NCBI GenBank assembly: GCA_050084515.1
Contig: CM114271.1
Coordinates: forward strand, 27,342,001-27,406,000
Length of the DNA: 64,000 bases
Direction: 5' to 3'
From: Blasia pusilla
Lineage: Eukaryota
In this document: positions 38,505 through 50,325 of the stretch, one piece after another
Layout of the letters: each line of letters opens with the position of its first letter
Numbering within the stretch: position 1 is the first letter of the stretch
The notes under the pieces: generated by a model
Database searches by the model: none
What the model saw: the letters and a program-made list of their open reading frames with translations, nothing else
What the model was told of the DNA's origin: nothing
Translations under genes and position numbers: made by a program

Positions 38505-39561
38505 CTTCCGTTGTTACCATCCACGCCCTCCGGAGGCTCCGGAGCGGTTAACATCCCAACATTTGTACGTGACACAACCTTATACCTAGATCCGTCCCTC
38601 TTTGCAAGGGCACTCGAGAGTTCCCCTAGGATAGCAACTGGAAGGTTGTCCGGTATGATGTACGGACACCTTCGTGATTGCTTTCCCCCCGAGGACTCTG
38701 CTAACGGCTTTTCCGAGTTGCTTCAGGTTGCCTCTCACCTAGCTCAGGGGAGAGTGCCAACAACAGTAGCCCAGATATTAGGGGCGGGGCAACTTTTGGC
38801 GTTGTCGAAGGAGGGTGGAGGGATCCGTCTGATCGCCATAGGGGAGGTGCTCTTGCGGTTGGTGAGACGCTCTATCGCTTTGCAATTATGTGAGGCTTTC
38901 GAGTCACATCTGAGTCCGCACTAGTTTGGAGTTGCCACGCCAGCCGGTTGTGAGGCGGTAGCCTTAGGTTTGAGGGCTTGTTTAGATATACACCCTGAGT
39001 GGGTGGTTCTCCAGTTGATGTGGAGAATGCCTTTTAACTGAGTGTCTCGGGCATCTATCTTCACGGAGCTGAGAGACGTAGGGGATCCTATAGCGAGTCT
39101 GATTCCCTTCGTGCATGATTTTTATGGGGCCCCCTCGGCCCTCTATTTTCACCACGGTAGGTTCGAGGAGGAGGTCACGGTCTTGGAGTCTGCTACCGCG
39201 ACGCGTCAGGGTGGTCCCTTGGGTGGTGTATTGTTTGCTTTGGCTCATTATCAAGCGGTTCTTTCTACGGTGGAGGCTTTCCCGGGTTGCAATTTCCCTT
39301 CGTTGGCAGATGATACTCACTTTGGTGGCCCTGGAGACCTGGTCGTTCCTGCATTTCAGCACTTTTCAGCACAATTGGCACATGTTGGCCTCGCGGTGAA
39401 GGTGGGAAAGTGCGAGGCTTGGTCTTCATTAGGCTTGTCAGCAGATGTTCATTTACCCGAAGGTTTTTTGACACCTGTTGGAGGGCTTCGCGTCTTGGAA
39501 GTCCCACTTGGGAGCCATGACTTTGTATCGAGTTTTGTGGCGACAGCTCTTACCAAGGATC
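38505..39561 (+). mobile_element. Non-LTR retrotransposon, CRE-like, segment 1 (RT domain, disrupted)
   Basis: LLALSKEGGGIRLIAIGEVLLRL, SPH*FGVATPAGCEAV, TRQGGPLGGVLFALA, SLADDTHF, GLAVKVGKCEAW, GLRVLEVPLGS. Interrupted by Copia at 39562. Confidence 0.85.
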
Positions 39562-39866
39562 TGTGGAAAACTGCTAAACAAGCATAACTGGTGGAAACGG
39601 CACACACACACACACACACACACACACCACCATGGAGAAAAAAATTTGCAATGAGAGAATGAGTGGAGGCTGGTCCTCTTCTCAATTATAGAGGGTATGT
39701 ACAAGCAACCCTAACCCTAACCATAGTCTCAAGTTAGCCTAAATGTGATTAACTAACCCTAGTTAAGATAACTGACTAACCAAGATTAAGCTTCCCTACT
39801 TCGTGTGAGTGCCAAATGTAGCAGTTCAGGTATCTCATGAGCTTGACTGTAACTCAATCTTCAATA
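39562..39866 (-). repeat. Copia 3' LTR, contains (CA)13
   Basis: Direct repeat of 44540-44841; adjacent to the PPT. Confidence 0.93.
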
Positions 39867-42800
39867 CTCCCCCTCAAGCTCATATCGATATATCTAACGC
39901 CTAAATCCTTTCTAAACATCTCAAACTTATCTCTAGACAATGCCTTTGTAAAGATGTCAACAATTTGCTGATATGTACCTATATACACAAGATCAATTTT
40001 CCTGAAAGCACTTTCTCTCTGATAAAATGATAGTGCACCTCAACATGCTTTGTACGAGCATGAAACACAAGGTTATTAGCAAGCTTGATGCTACTAATAT
40101 TGTATGCATATATTACACTAGGTCCTAAGTTACTAACACCAATCTCAACAAGTAATCGATGAAGCCACACCGCCTCACATACTGCATTAGTTGCTCCTCT
40201 GTACTCAACCTCTGTTGAAGATAAAACAACTGTAGGTTTTATCTTTGAAGGCCAACTTATAGCTGCGCTTCCCAAAGTAAATGAATAACTAGATGTGGAG
40301 TGTCGATCAGACACGCTTCGTGCCCAATCAGCATCTGTGAATCCCTGTAATTGAAAACTCGGAGAAGGTTCAAATTGAAGCCCGAATTGAATAGAGAATT
40401 TCACATATCGTATAATCCTCCTCACAGCATCAAGGTGAGGTTTTCGAGGTGCTTGCATAAACTGGCTCACGAGGCCAACAACATAGCTCAAATCTGGTCT
40501 AGTTATAGTTAGATAGATCAAACTTCCAACCTTGCGCCTGTACACATTAGAATCTGCAAGCAGCTCTCCTTCATCCACTCTTAGCTTCACGCTCTGATCC
40601 AACAATATAGAGATTGGCTTACAAGCCGTCATATCATATTTTGAAAGCATATGAAGAGCATATTGTCGTTGTAGTAACCACATGCTGTCTCCAACCTTGA
40701 TAAACTCAATACCAAGGAAGTACTTGAGTTCTCCCAAGTCCTTCATATCAAATTCTGCTTGTAACTTAAGCTTGACTTGTTGTACCATTTCTTCAGTATT
40801 CCCAGTAATCAAGAGATTGTCAACATACAACACAATGAGAACTGTATGATCTTGTCCTCTCAACATATATAACGAGGAGTCAGAATCACATACCCTAAAA
40901 CCCAACTCTTGTAGGACGTATGCAATCTTGTTATACCAAGCTCTTGGAGCTTGTTTGAGCCCGTATAGAGCTTTCTTCAATCTACATACGCAAAATGGAA
41001 ACTAGGGATGCTCGTATCTAGGTGGTTGAGTCATATATACCTCCTTGTATAGATCTCCATTCAAGAAGGTATTCTTGACGTCCATGTGATGTAATCTTCA
41101 CTTCTTACTTACTGCAACTTCAACCACCGTTCTCGTAGTCGCCATCTTTGCAACAGGGCTAAATGTTTCCTCATAATCAATACCATATTGTTGTGCATAG
41201 CCCTTAGCCACCAATCTTGCTTTGTATCTATTCATTGTACCATCTTGATCGCGCTTGATTTTGTAAACCCATTTGCAATCAATAGCTTCCTTATCGGAAG
41301 GTATATCAACCAGCTCCCATGTTTGTTGATGTCTTAATGCAGCAAGCTCTTCCTCCATAACTTCAATCCATTCGGCTTTACTCGCAGCTTCTTCAAAACA
41401 ACTCGACTCCTACTCTTGAAGGGTAGTCATCATTTATGCATGATGTGTCGCAAGGAATGTGTAACTCTACTTGATGTATTGTAGAATGTGTAACTCTACT
41501 TGATCTGCGAAGTTGTTGTTAAGAGGTAGATGCCTTTGACACATGACTCGAGCTTTGACTAATGTTAACAGACTGAATATGTACTCTTTCCGTCCATGGA
41601 CTCACAGATTTAACGGATGAATCTAGGACCTCTCCTAATCCTGCACTAGTACTTGGGGAAGTTGAAGATAATGTCTATTGGTTTATAGTCATATTTTCCC
41701 CCTCAACAGAAAAGTTTAGAGGTGGAATAGGCTCAGATGGAGCATATCATGACTTTAGCTCATCAAAGACAACATCACAACTAATAATAAGCTGCCTAGA
41801 GGATGGAATGTAGCACTTATACCCTTAGTTCCATCAGCATAGTCAATGAAGATACATCTTTCAGACTTGGAGTCTAATTTCTGACGTCTCTCAGAAGGAG
41901 CATGAGCATGACAGATACAACCAAATACTTTCAAAAAGGAAAAATCAAGTTTACTTCCTGTGAAGACTTTGAATGGAGTTTTATCATGAACTCCTCTTGT
42001 TGGAGTTCGGTTGATTAAGAAGATTGTACATGCTATAACCTCCGCCCAATACACCTTAGGCATGTTCTTCTCATTCAACATAGCTCGTGTCGCTTTAGCA
42101 ATATGTCGATTTTTCCTCTCAACCACTCCATTTTGTTGTGGAGTGTAACGGCAAGTCACTTAACGTTGGATGCCATTCTGACGTAAATAGTCATGAAAAT
42201 CTATTGAAAGATACTCACCTCCTCGATCACAACGCAATTTCAAAATGCGTTGTCCAGTCTGCTTTTCTACTAGAACTCTGAATGTTTGAAACACTGAGAA
42301 TACCTTTGATTTGGCTTACAAAAATTATACCCATATATACCTAGAGAAGTCATCAATAAATGAAACATAGTACTGACAACCACTAAGGCTATGTTGTGAT
42401 ACTGTCCACACATCACTGTGGATCAACTCCAATATCTTGGATGCTCTTCTACCTTGCTTTGGAAAATGAAATCTAGCTTGTTTTCCAAATTGGCAAGCAA
42501 GGCATACCTCTAACGTAGCAAGACTTGCTAATTTAGGGACTCCTATTACTATATTAGATGATGAAAGACTATGTAATCTTTGAAGATTCCGATATGCAAT
42601 TCTTTTATGCCACACATTTAGATCTGTGACTTGTTGGCCAGTTTGACCATACATTGCTTCTTGAATCTTTGACATAGAAACATCTAATTTGAACATTCTG
42701 CCAGATCTAGTTCCTTTGACTATCGTAGTGTGGTCATCCATTGTTTCAATGAAATAACCATTTGGGTTAAACTTCACTTGATAATCCTGTTCAACTATTT

Positions 42801-44539
42801 GTCCTACAGAGATCAGATTTCTTACAATGGTAGGAACATAGAGAACATTTCCAAGAGCACAAAGATCGTGTGATGCTATTGGAACTTTACGGGTATGCGC
42901 GATATGATGTTGAGTGTCATCTCCTATGAGCACAATTGTAGGATCTTTCACCGGCTCCAAACTACTGAACCATTTTGCTTGTGAGGTCATGTGATTTGAT
43001 GCTTAGGAGTCAATGTACCAATCTGATGGCGAGTCTTTTTTGACCATTGCTCCCATATGATGAGTCATGACCAAGAGATGCTCCGTTTGTGAATGTTGCT
43101 ATTCTTGGTACTGCTCTTGGTGTTGTTGCTCCACATAGTTTTGTTATTGTAAGGCTCATGTTCTCATATCTGCCTTCTTCTTGAAGTAAAACTTTGCATA
43201 GTGACCCTTGATCCCAAAGTAATTGCAAGATCCAAGGACCCTCTGCTGATGACCTCGACCCCAACCGTTTCCACCATCACCACCATGTGATTGTGCCTGG
43301 TATTGGTTCGTAGTTGATTGAGTGCCTCTTCCTCCATATGCTTGATATTCACCACGACCACGTAAGTTTCTGCCACGACCCCTGCCTTTGTTTGATCCAT
43401 AACCTGCAAATAGCGCACTCTCTTGCAGACTAGATGAGCTACCGCTGTCTACTAGGCGCATCTCTTCACTGATCAACATAGGAACTAACTCTTGAAAGGT
43501 TGGATCCTTCTCTCTCACAAAGATAGAGGTCTCAAATGACTTGTAATCCTTTGGAAGGCCTTGAAGAGTGAATAAGATCAGATCATCATCTTCTACTGTC
43601 ACTCCAATGCTATTCAACTGATCAAAAATATGTCTGATACTCAAAATATAATCATTGATGCTCTACGATCATTTCCTCACTTCGTTCAATTGCTGTTTCA
43701 ATTGAAGCTTTCTGACCTTTGTAGATGTCTAGAATAGCTTTTCCAATGCATCCCAGGCCTCCTTCGGAATATCAACATCTTGGATGTGACGTATCATTGG
43801 CGAACTGATCGTTATTGAATTGTAGTGGATTACTTGCCTTGTGTGTTTGTTCCAAGCGCGAGCATTCAAGTCCATTGAGTCACCTTCTGGCTTGGCCTCA
43901 TCACCTATGACAAACTCCCCTAGTTCTTGACCCATGAGAAATTTTTTCATGCAAAACTTCCAGACAATGTTATTTTGCTTATCTAGCTTCTCGCCTGTGA
44001 TTGCTGTTAGGGAATACTCCATGATAAACAATTTCACTCACAAAAAATGTAATTTCACGCTTTCTACTGCTCCAATTGAAGCATAGACCACTCCAACACA
44101 GAAATCGACATGAAATTTTCCAAAATTGATCAACTGTATGAAAGAACTAGTCAAAATTGGCCTGAAGAGAGCAAACTACAGAACTTTTCTTCACTAATTG
44201 CAGTTTCCTACACTGAAATTGTTGTTGCAGGAGCTCAGAGTGTCAGAATCGAGCGATTTTGGGTACGATGGAAAGCTCTTGATAAGCTCTACAAGACGGC
44301 TAGAACTAGCCTTTGGTGGCTTTCTAGTCAAAGCGGACCCTGACGGCTGAATCGACCGGGAAAGCCCTAAAAAATGCCTCCAAAGTTTTATCACCATCAA
44401 AGCTCCACCTGAAATCTGCACCCACTGAGCTCTGAATAAAATTTCCTTCTCCCAAACTAAAATGGTTCCTTCTCTTGCGTGTCTTCTCTCTTCAAACACC
44501 AAGAATTTCAAGTGATGTTCTCCTCCCGCTCTGATATCA

Positions 44540-44841
44540 TGTGGAAAACTGCTAAACAAGCATAACTGGTGGAAAACGACTTTCACACACACACACCACC
44601 ATGGAGAATGAAATTTGCAATGAGAGAATGAGCGGAGGCTGGTCCTCTTCTCAATTATATAGGGTATGTACAAGCACCCCTAATCCTACCCTTAACCATA
44701 GTCTCGAGTTAGTCTAACTGTGATTAACTAACCCTAGTTAAGATAACTGACTAACCAAGATTAAGCTTCCCTACTTCGTGTGAGTGCCAAATATAGCAGT
44801 TCAGGTGTCTCATGAGTTTGACTGTAACTCAATCTTCAATA
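44540..44841 (-). repeat. Copia 5' LTR, contains (CA)6
   Basis: Direct repeat of 39562-39866; adjacent to the PBS. Confidence 0.93.
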
Positions 44842-45300
44842 AGATCTTCTCCATGTCGACAATCTCACGAGGATTGGTGACCCTCAAGTAGCTTATGGAA
44901 TCCTCTTGTCATGTTTTTCTGGTAGACTTGGTTATCTGTGTAGAACCGTGTGGACGTCTTGCCATATTTCTTCCTTGTATAGATCTTTTGATAGAAAGAT
45001 CATGCAGGCGTTTGGGGATCTTCTAGGACCCGACTCATTAGAGTGCCCCGCTAGGGAGTTAGCTCGTAGACAGGATTTTTGGCGGATTGCCTTTGGTGGA
45101 GTAGGTCTCATTGCGACTGAGTTAGTGGCATCTTCAGCTTTTAAGGGAGTTGGGCCACTGTAGCACCCCTCCTTTGCTCCCGATTTTTGGTTAGGGATAG
45201 ACCGCTACTTTTACAGTACGTTTCCCACGTTGAGGATGGTCTTTTCCCACTTCAGTCTTCACTCACAGCTTGTTGAGATTCCCTTCTTGTTGAGGCTAGA
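44842..45300 (+). mobile_element. Non-LTR retrotransposon, CRE-like, segment 2
   Basis: Removing Copia and one TSD restores the frame: ...ALTKD-LLHVDNLTRIGDPQVAYGILLSCFSGRLGYLCRTV...IAFGGVGL. Confidence 0.8.
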
Positions 45301-45884
45301 TGTCGTGCGAATCCACATCGTCATACAACATACATCGCTGACATACCATACGCACATACATACATAACATAGATGAGAGTATCCACAAACGCAAGTGTAC
45401 CACAACTGAAATCCGTGAAAGACCTACTGTTATAAAACACGTTTACAATCACATAAAATCGAGCCAAACCCACTCCACGATGGGAGAATCTAGGTCGAAG
45501 CTTGCGGGAAACGCCATAGCCAAGAGCTCTACTCACTACCAAGGCTAACTCCCAACGCATAGCAGGCTCAACTCAAAGAACGACGTTCTTTGAGGAAAGC
45601 CACCTTATATCCTCCAACCTAAGAGCGGGCCCTACTAGGAAAGTCACCCCCAAGTGAGTAACCCCCAACCCTATGTATGGAACCACATCTCTACCAAGCC
45701 ACTACGGTCCTACATAAGGAATGGCCTCTACCAGCACACCATACTCTACGACATAATCCGTATGGTCATGACAACGGTGTCGTCGTGCGAATCCACATCG
45801 TCATACAACATACATCATTGACATACCATACGCACATACATACATAACATAGACGAGAGTATCCACAAACGCAAGTGTACCACA
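45301..45884 (-). repeat. Gypsy 3' LTR region (LTR probably 45407-45884, plus a second partial copy of its first about 105 bp)
   Basis: 45302-45407 and 45782-45887 are direct repeats (106 bp, 3 mismatches). 45884 to 45407 reads TGTGG...TTTCA on the minus strand. Confidence 0.75.
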
Positions 45885-46059
45885 ACTCGCCCCCCTAACT
45901 GGCGGTTAGGTCCCTCTAACTCCCAGGTAGCCCTATACATCTACTACATGCTATACACCTTCTTGGGTGCCCGAATCAGAAGGCCGGGTGCTAGGTTGCC
46001 CCATCGTTAGTCGCACATCTGTAATCCATATCATGCAAAGATCAAGTCATCTACCTCTC

Positions 46060-46200
46060 CTAAGTACATCGAGGACAAACCCACCTTCCAGTAGGAACAA
46101 CATCCAAACGTGGAGTCAAACACATCATGTGCCAACCCCTAGAACACCGATCACACACCAACATACGGGCTGCGTTACCAGCAGACCCACACAACATGCA
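46060..46200 (-). other. PHD finger domain (C4HC3) at the C-terminus of the Gypsy integrase
   Basis: CMLC-x11-CDRC-x4-H-x2-C-x14-CPRC with the conserved W (GRWVCPRC). All eight ligands are present; stop at 46060. Confidence 0.9.
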
Positions 46201-49200
46201 CCTCAAGCTAGCACGTATCATGGCTAAGCTTGGGTCAACAGTACCATCCACATTTGGAAGATGACATGGCGCACAATTACGCACATGGTCCTTCCAAACA
46301 ACTCCATCACGACCCTCCAACATGAGAACTCCAGAAGCTAACACCTCACGCACTCGTAAAATAGTGCGGCCTGCCGTCACATCCAACGTTGTCGGGAAAT
46401 CTTCTGCAAATAGACATAGTCCCCACATGGAACCTCGAATCGATGGTCGATAACCTCCACCCGAATGGTTGCATACCGCAACGTATCCCTGTGTTGAGCA
46501 ATGGCAAGATTCTCAAAGGTCGTTGGCATAACTCTCCGAAAGAGCTCCGCCCCCGAGAACCCACCCTCATCCACATCTCTGGGTCATCAAGGTTCACCAC
46601 CTCACTAGACTCTGACAATTTTTCTTTGGCAAGTCCGGATCTCGCCGTATAACAGTAAAAAATAAGGTGAGAAGGAAGCCAAGGATGCTTGGCGATCGAA
46701 CCTATACCCCATGGCTAACCATGGCGACTAAATATCCAGTCTCCAAGATGCCCCTTCAGAGGCCATACTTGCGCAATGCCCTCTTCACCGTCTGAACCAC
46801 ACGCTCAGCCAAACCATCCGCCTCTGGATGATCTCGAGGCGTGGTCCGATGATCAATCAACGCCTTGTCACACAAGACACGAAACTCACCACGAAACTCA
46901 GACTGGTCGGTCAAGACGGTGGTGCACCAAAATGACTAAGCACTCTATCCGAAACGCATATGCCGTTCCTCACTTGCCTTGTCCGGTAATGCCACCAACT
47001 CAATCCACTTGGAGAAGTTCTCCACCATCACCAACACATATCGATGATGTCGCATACCAACGGTAACGGTCCCCATAAAGTCCACACTCCAACGGTAACC
47101 CAACCCCATAATAGGCAAGGGGTGTAATTGTGGTGTAGGGGCATTAAATGATGCCCTCACCCGGTCACAAACCATACAACGTGACACCAATCGCTGCACT
47201 GAGTATGCATGCCACGCCACCAATATTGGCCAAGGAGTAAGTTATACGACGCTTTACCCCAAAATGTCCCAACTCCTCATGGGCATGTCGCACAATGCGC
47301 TCTCTCGAGCCAAATGTGGCACTACTCGTACTCTACCATCCTCCCACACGCGGAGAATATGTGTTCCCTCCAATCGATACCTCTTAGCACGTTGAAGAAC
47401 ACGGTCTCGCTCCTTGGCACTCACTATGCCTGGCACCCTACTAGTCAGAGGAACTCCAACACCAACGCATCATCATGAATATCACGCTGATCCGTGCCAC
47501 CATCTCCAACCTTAGGATCTCAAGGTGGCCATCTACCCCTCGACTAGAGTAAGATATCATGTGGTCCTCCATACTAGAGTCCACCTAACCAACATAAAAG
47601 GCGGATGCATGCCAAACTGGCACCATCTCCTCATCAACCTCGCCATGCCATCTAGCCCCAGATTGTATCCTCTTGGCTAGTACATGGGTTCCTACTCAAC
47701 CCATCAAAGCATCAAGGTTGGCAACTCCAGGTCTATGTACCACCCGGAAGTAATACTCTGTAAGATAAGAGCCCACCGTGCAAGCTTCCCCGTAAGCTTG
47801 TCCGACTCCATCAACCACTTGAGCGGTGGTGATCAGTAACAAGGGTAAATGGTGCCAAACAAGTAACACCTAAAGTGTGCCCACACCCACACTCTTGCCA
47901 AGCACTCTCCCTCATATGAACTATAACGCGACTCCGCTGCATTATTCGAACAACTTGCATAGGCCACCACAAACTCCATGTGCTCATCATCATGTTGTGC
48001 CAACACCGCTCCAAGTCCCAACCTACTCCAATCAGTGTGTAATTGAAATGGACGCCCTCTGATAGGTCTCCTCAAGATAGGCGCCGCCACCAACTGGGCC
48101 TTAAGCTCCACAAAAGCTCTCTCCTGATCATCTCCCCATTGCCACTCTTGATCTGATTTCAGAAATTGGTTCAAAGGCTTTGCCATAGCACTAAATCCCT
48201 TCACATACCTCCGATAGTAGTTCGCCAATCCCATGAATGCTTGAACTCTACTCACATCTATCGGACGCGGAATAAGTGCAATAGCCTCCACCTTTGCTTG
48301 CTGAACTCCCAAACCACATGGATAGATCACATGACCCAAGTACTCAACATCCTCATGGAAGAACTTACACTTTCCTGGATGCAAACGTAGACCATGAGCT
48401 TTCAACCGCTCAAACACCATCTGCAAATGTATCTGATGCTCCTCCACCGTGTTATTGAACACCAAGATATCATCAATGTAACACCGAACAAAATCCAACC
48501 CGCTAGGATCTCGTCCATCACTCTTTGAAACTCGGCGGTGCATTCTTCAACCCAAAGGGTAAGAATTTCCACAGTACAAACAATCCTTGCCATGAGAGTT
48601 GACACCCCAAAATCTTTGTCTTGGCCTTGTCACTCTCCCGAATCGGCAATTGATGGTATCTGCCGAAGATCCAAAATCTGAAAATCTTTGCCTGTCCCAC
48701 CACATCAAAGATCTCTCAGGTGTAGGCATGGCATACTTATCGGCCTTGGTTTGCCGATTGATAGACGGTAATCTCCACACATCCGCCTATCCGTGTAGTT
48801 GCCATGCATATCCTTTTAGCGAGCATGACAGTGGGCGATGCATACTCTCCATGCGACAACTCCACTAATCCAGCCTCCAAAAGGTCCAACGTCCTACTCA
48901 ATCAAGTCCTCTCCATATCACTATATCGATAGGGACGACGGAAGATTGGCGTATCACTAGCCAAATCAATTAGTATACCGGGTCCAACCAGAGAACCCAA
49001 CTCCTTCATGCTAAAGGCAAAACAACTCCTATAAGCACGAGGAGGCTGTGTCAGCGTTGTTTCTCACCTCCCGTAAGCTTGGGCCCAAGTCATGGCTCCC
49101 AAGTCTCCTCCTTTGGCATACTAGAGGGAGAGGACGATGCCATTGGCTGCTACGCAACCCCCTCACAAGATGATACACCCTTAGCTACACCATCATCTGA

Positions 49201-49384
49201 GCAAATAACTCCTCCACCAGCAAGAGCAACCAACTCCACATGCCCAGCCATTACATCCCATCTACTCCAAGGATGCAAAATACTACTCTCCTCGCTTCAC
49301 CGATGCCTCTACCGCCCCGGTAGCCATCGAGCTCATTACAAGGGGTGGAAGACCCACGACATAGTCCAAGTCGCTGCTCGGCCA

Positions 49385-50325
49385 TACCAAGACTCAAAAT
49401 CCAAGTCAAACAATTCAGGTCCATGGCCTGACCCAACACATGACGTCGTGAAGCCTCGAAATAGAAGCAACCCATTTGTCACACGAAGAGCAAATCCCAT
49501 CGCACGCTCTCTCTCATCAGCGTTAGGCTCCACCAACTGTCGCACATGAGAATCCATACAAGCCCCGGACCACCTTCCCTGTAGGCATGTGACGAGGGAA
49601 AACTCACAAATGTGGGTAGTGCCATCCTAGGCTGGCCCACACGGTTCACCGATCAATAACCTTCACCACTTGGGAAAGTGGCCCAGTATCCAAGATACTA
49701 TCCACTGTAAGGCGAGGATCCCGCTGCACTGCATCATATGCTCGACGTAGAACCTCCCTAGGCAACAAGTTTGTCCACCACAAGCGTGGACGATGTGCAC
49801 GCAAGCCAAATCGCATTGCATCCAACAACACCGCTGGTCCAATCCAAGAGCGCACCTCATGAACACTCGCCATCATCCGGGTCCGAGTGTCACCCAACAA
49901 TGGAACATTCTCTAGAATCTAAGCTAGAGCACGTGCCTGATGAACCTGGAGATGTCGTAACACCCGTAACATCTCCCAAAACAATCGAGACCTAGGGTCA
50001 TGTAATCCCTCACCACGACCAGCACGTGTATGACCCTGACATGGCCATCCAGCAATCACCAAATCCACAGGACCAATTCTCTCAAGGTCTTGCGCCCCCA
50101 ACAATGCAATGTGTGATGGTAAAGCACGCTGGTACCCACGAATAGCTGATGGCGGCAACAACTCAGGATACCTCCGCATCAACTGACCAATATGTCGGGA
50201 TGAGACTCTCTGGGCCGTCTCATCTCGCTCCACATACACGTATCTCCAAGACAGAATACCGGCTTGCAACATCGCAACCAAACCAAAGTGCTAATCCCAC
50301 CAAAGAGATCTAACACACAAATGCC
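49385..50325 (-). pseudogene. C5 cytosine DNA methyltransferase domain (DNMT3-like) within Gypsy pol
   Basis: Motif I VLDLFGGIST; motif II-like YVYVERD; IV DLVIAGWPCQG; V-like RSRLFWEM; VI ILENVP; VIII AHRPRLWWTNL; IX ERERAMGF; X RRHVLGQAM. Frameshift near 50285, stop at 49919-49921, further lesions near 49645 and 49460. Confidence 0.92.

Larger units (their letters stand above)
39562..44841 (-). mobile_element. Ty1/Copia LTR retrotransposon, full-length structure, decayed ORF
   Basis: LTRs 39562-39866 (3') and 44540-44841 (5'). TSD GGATC / AGATC (1 mismatch). PBS TGATATCAGAGC (iMet-like) at 44528-44539. PPT GAGGGGGAG at 39867-39875. Domain order gag - PR (WYIDS*ASNHMT) - INT (LELIHSDVW, FIDDFSR, TPQQNGVVERKNR) - RT (RYKARLVAKGY, LYGLKQAPRAWY, LYVDN) - RH (FTDADWA). 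Confidence 0.96.

Noticed and set aside
39706-39722. Telomere-like (TAACCC)n tract
   Set aside because: Under three units, inside a Copia LTR and degenerate in the other LTR; not an interstitial telomere.
45301-45887. TRIM or DIRS/Ngaro split-repeat interpretation of the 106-bp direct repeats
   Set aside because: No PBS or PPT between the repeats. The linked element has a DDE integrase and protease, not a tyrosine recombinase.
49385-50325. Host DNMT3/DRM gene or bacterial contamination
   Set aside because: Intronless, lacks UBA/PWWP or other host domains, collinear with PR and RT, decayed like the rest of the element, and flanked by intron-containing plant genes.
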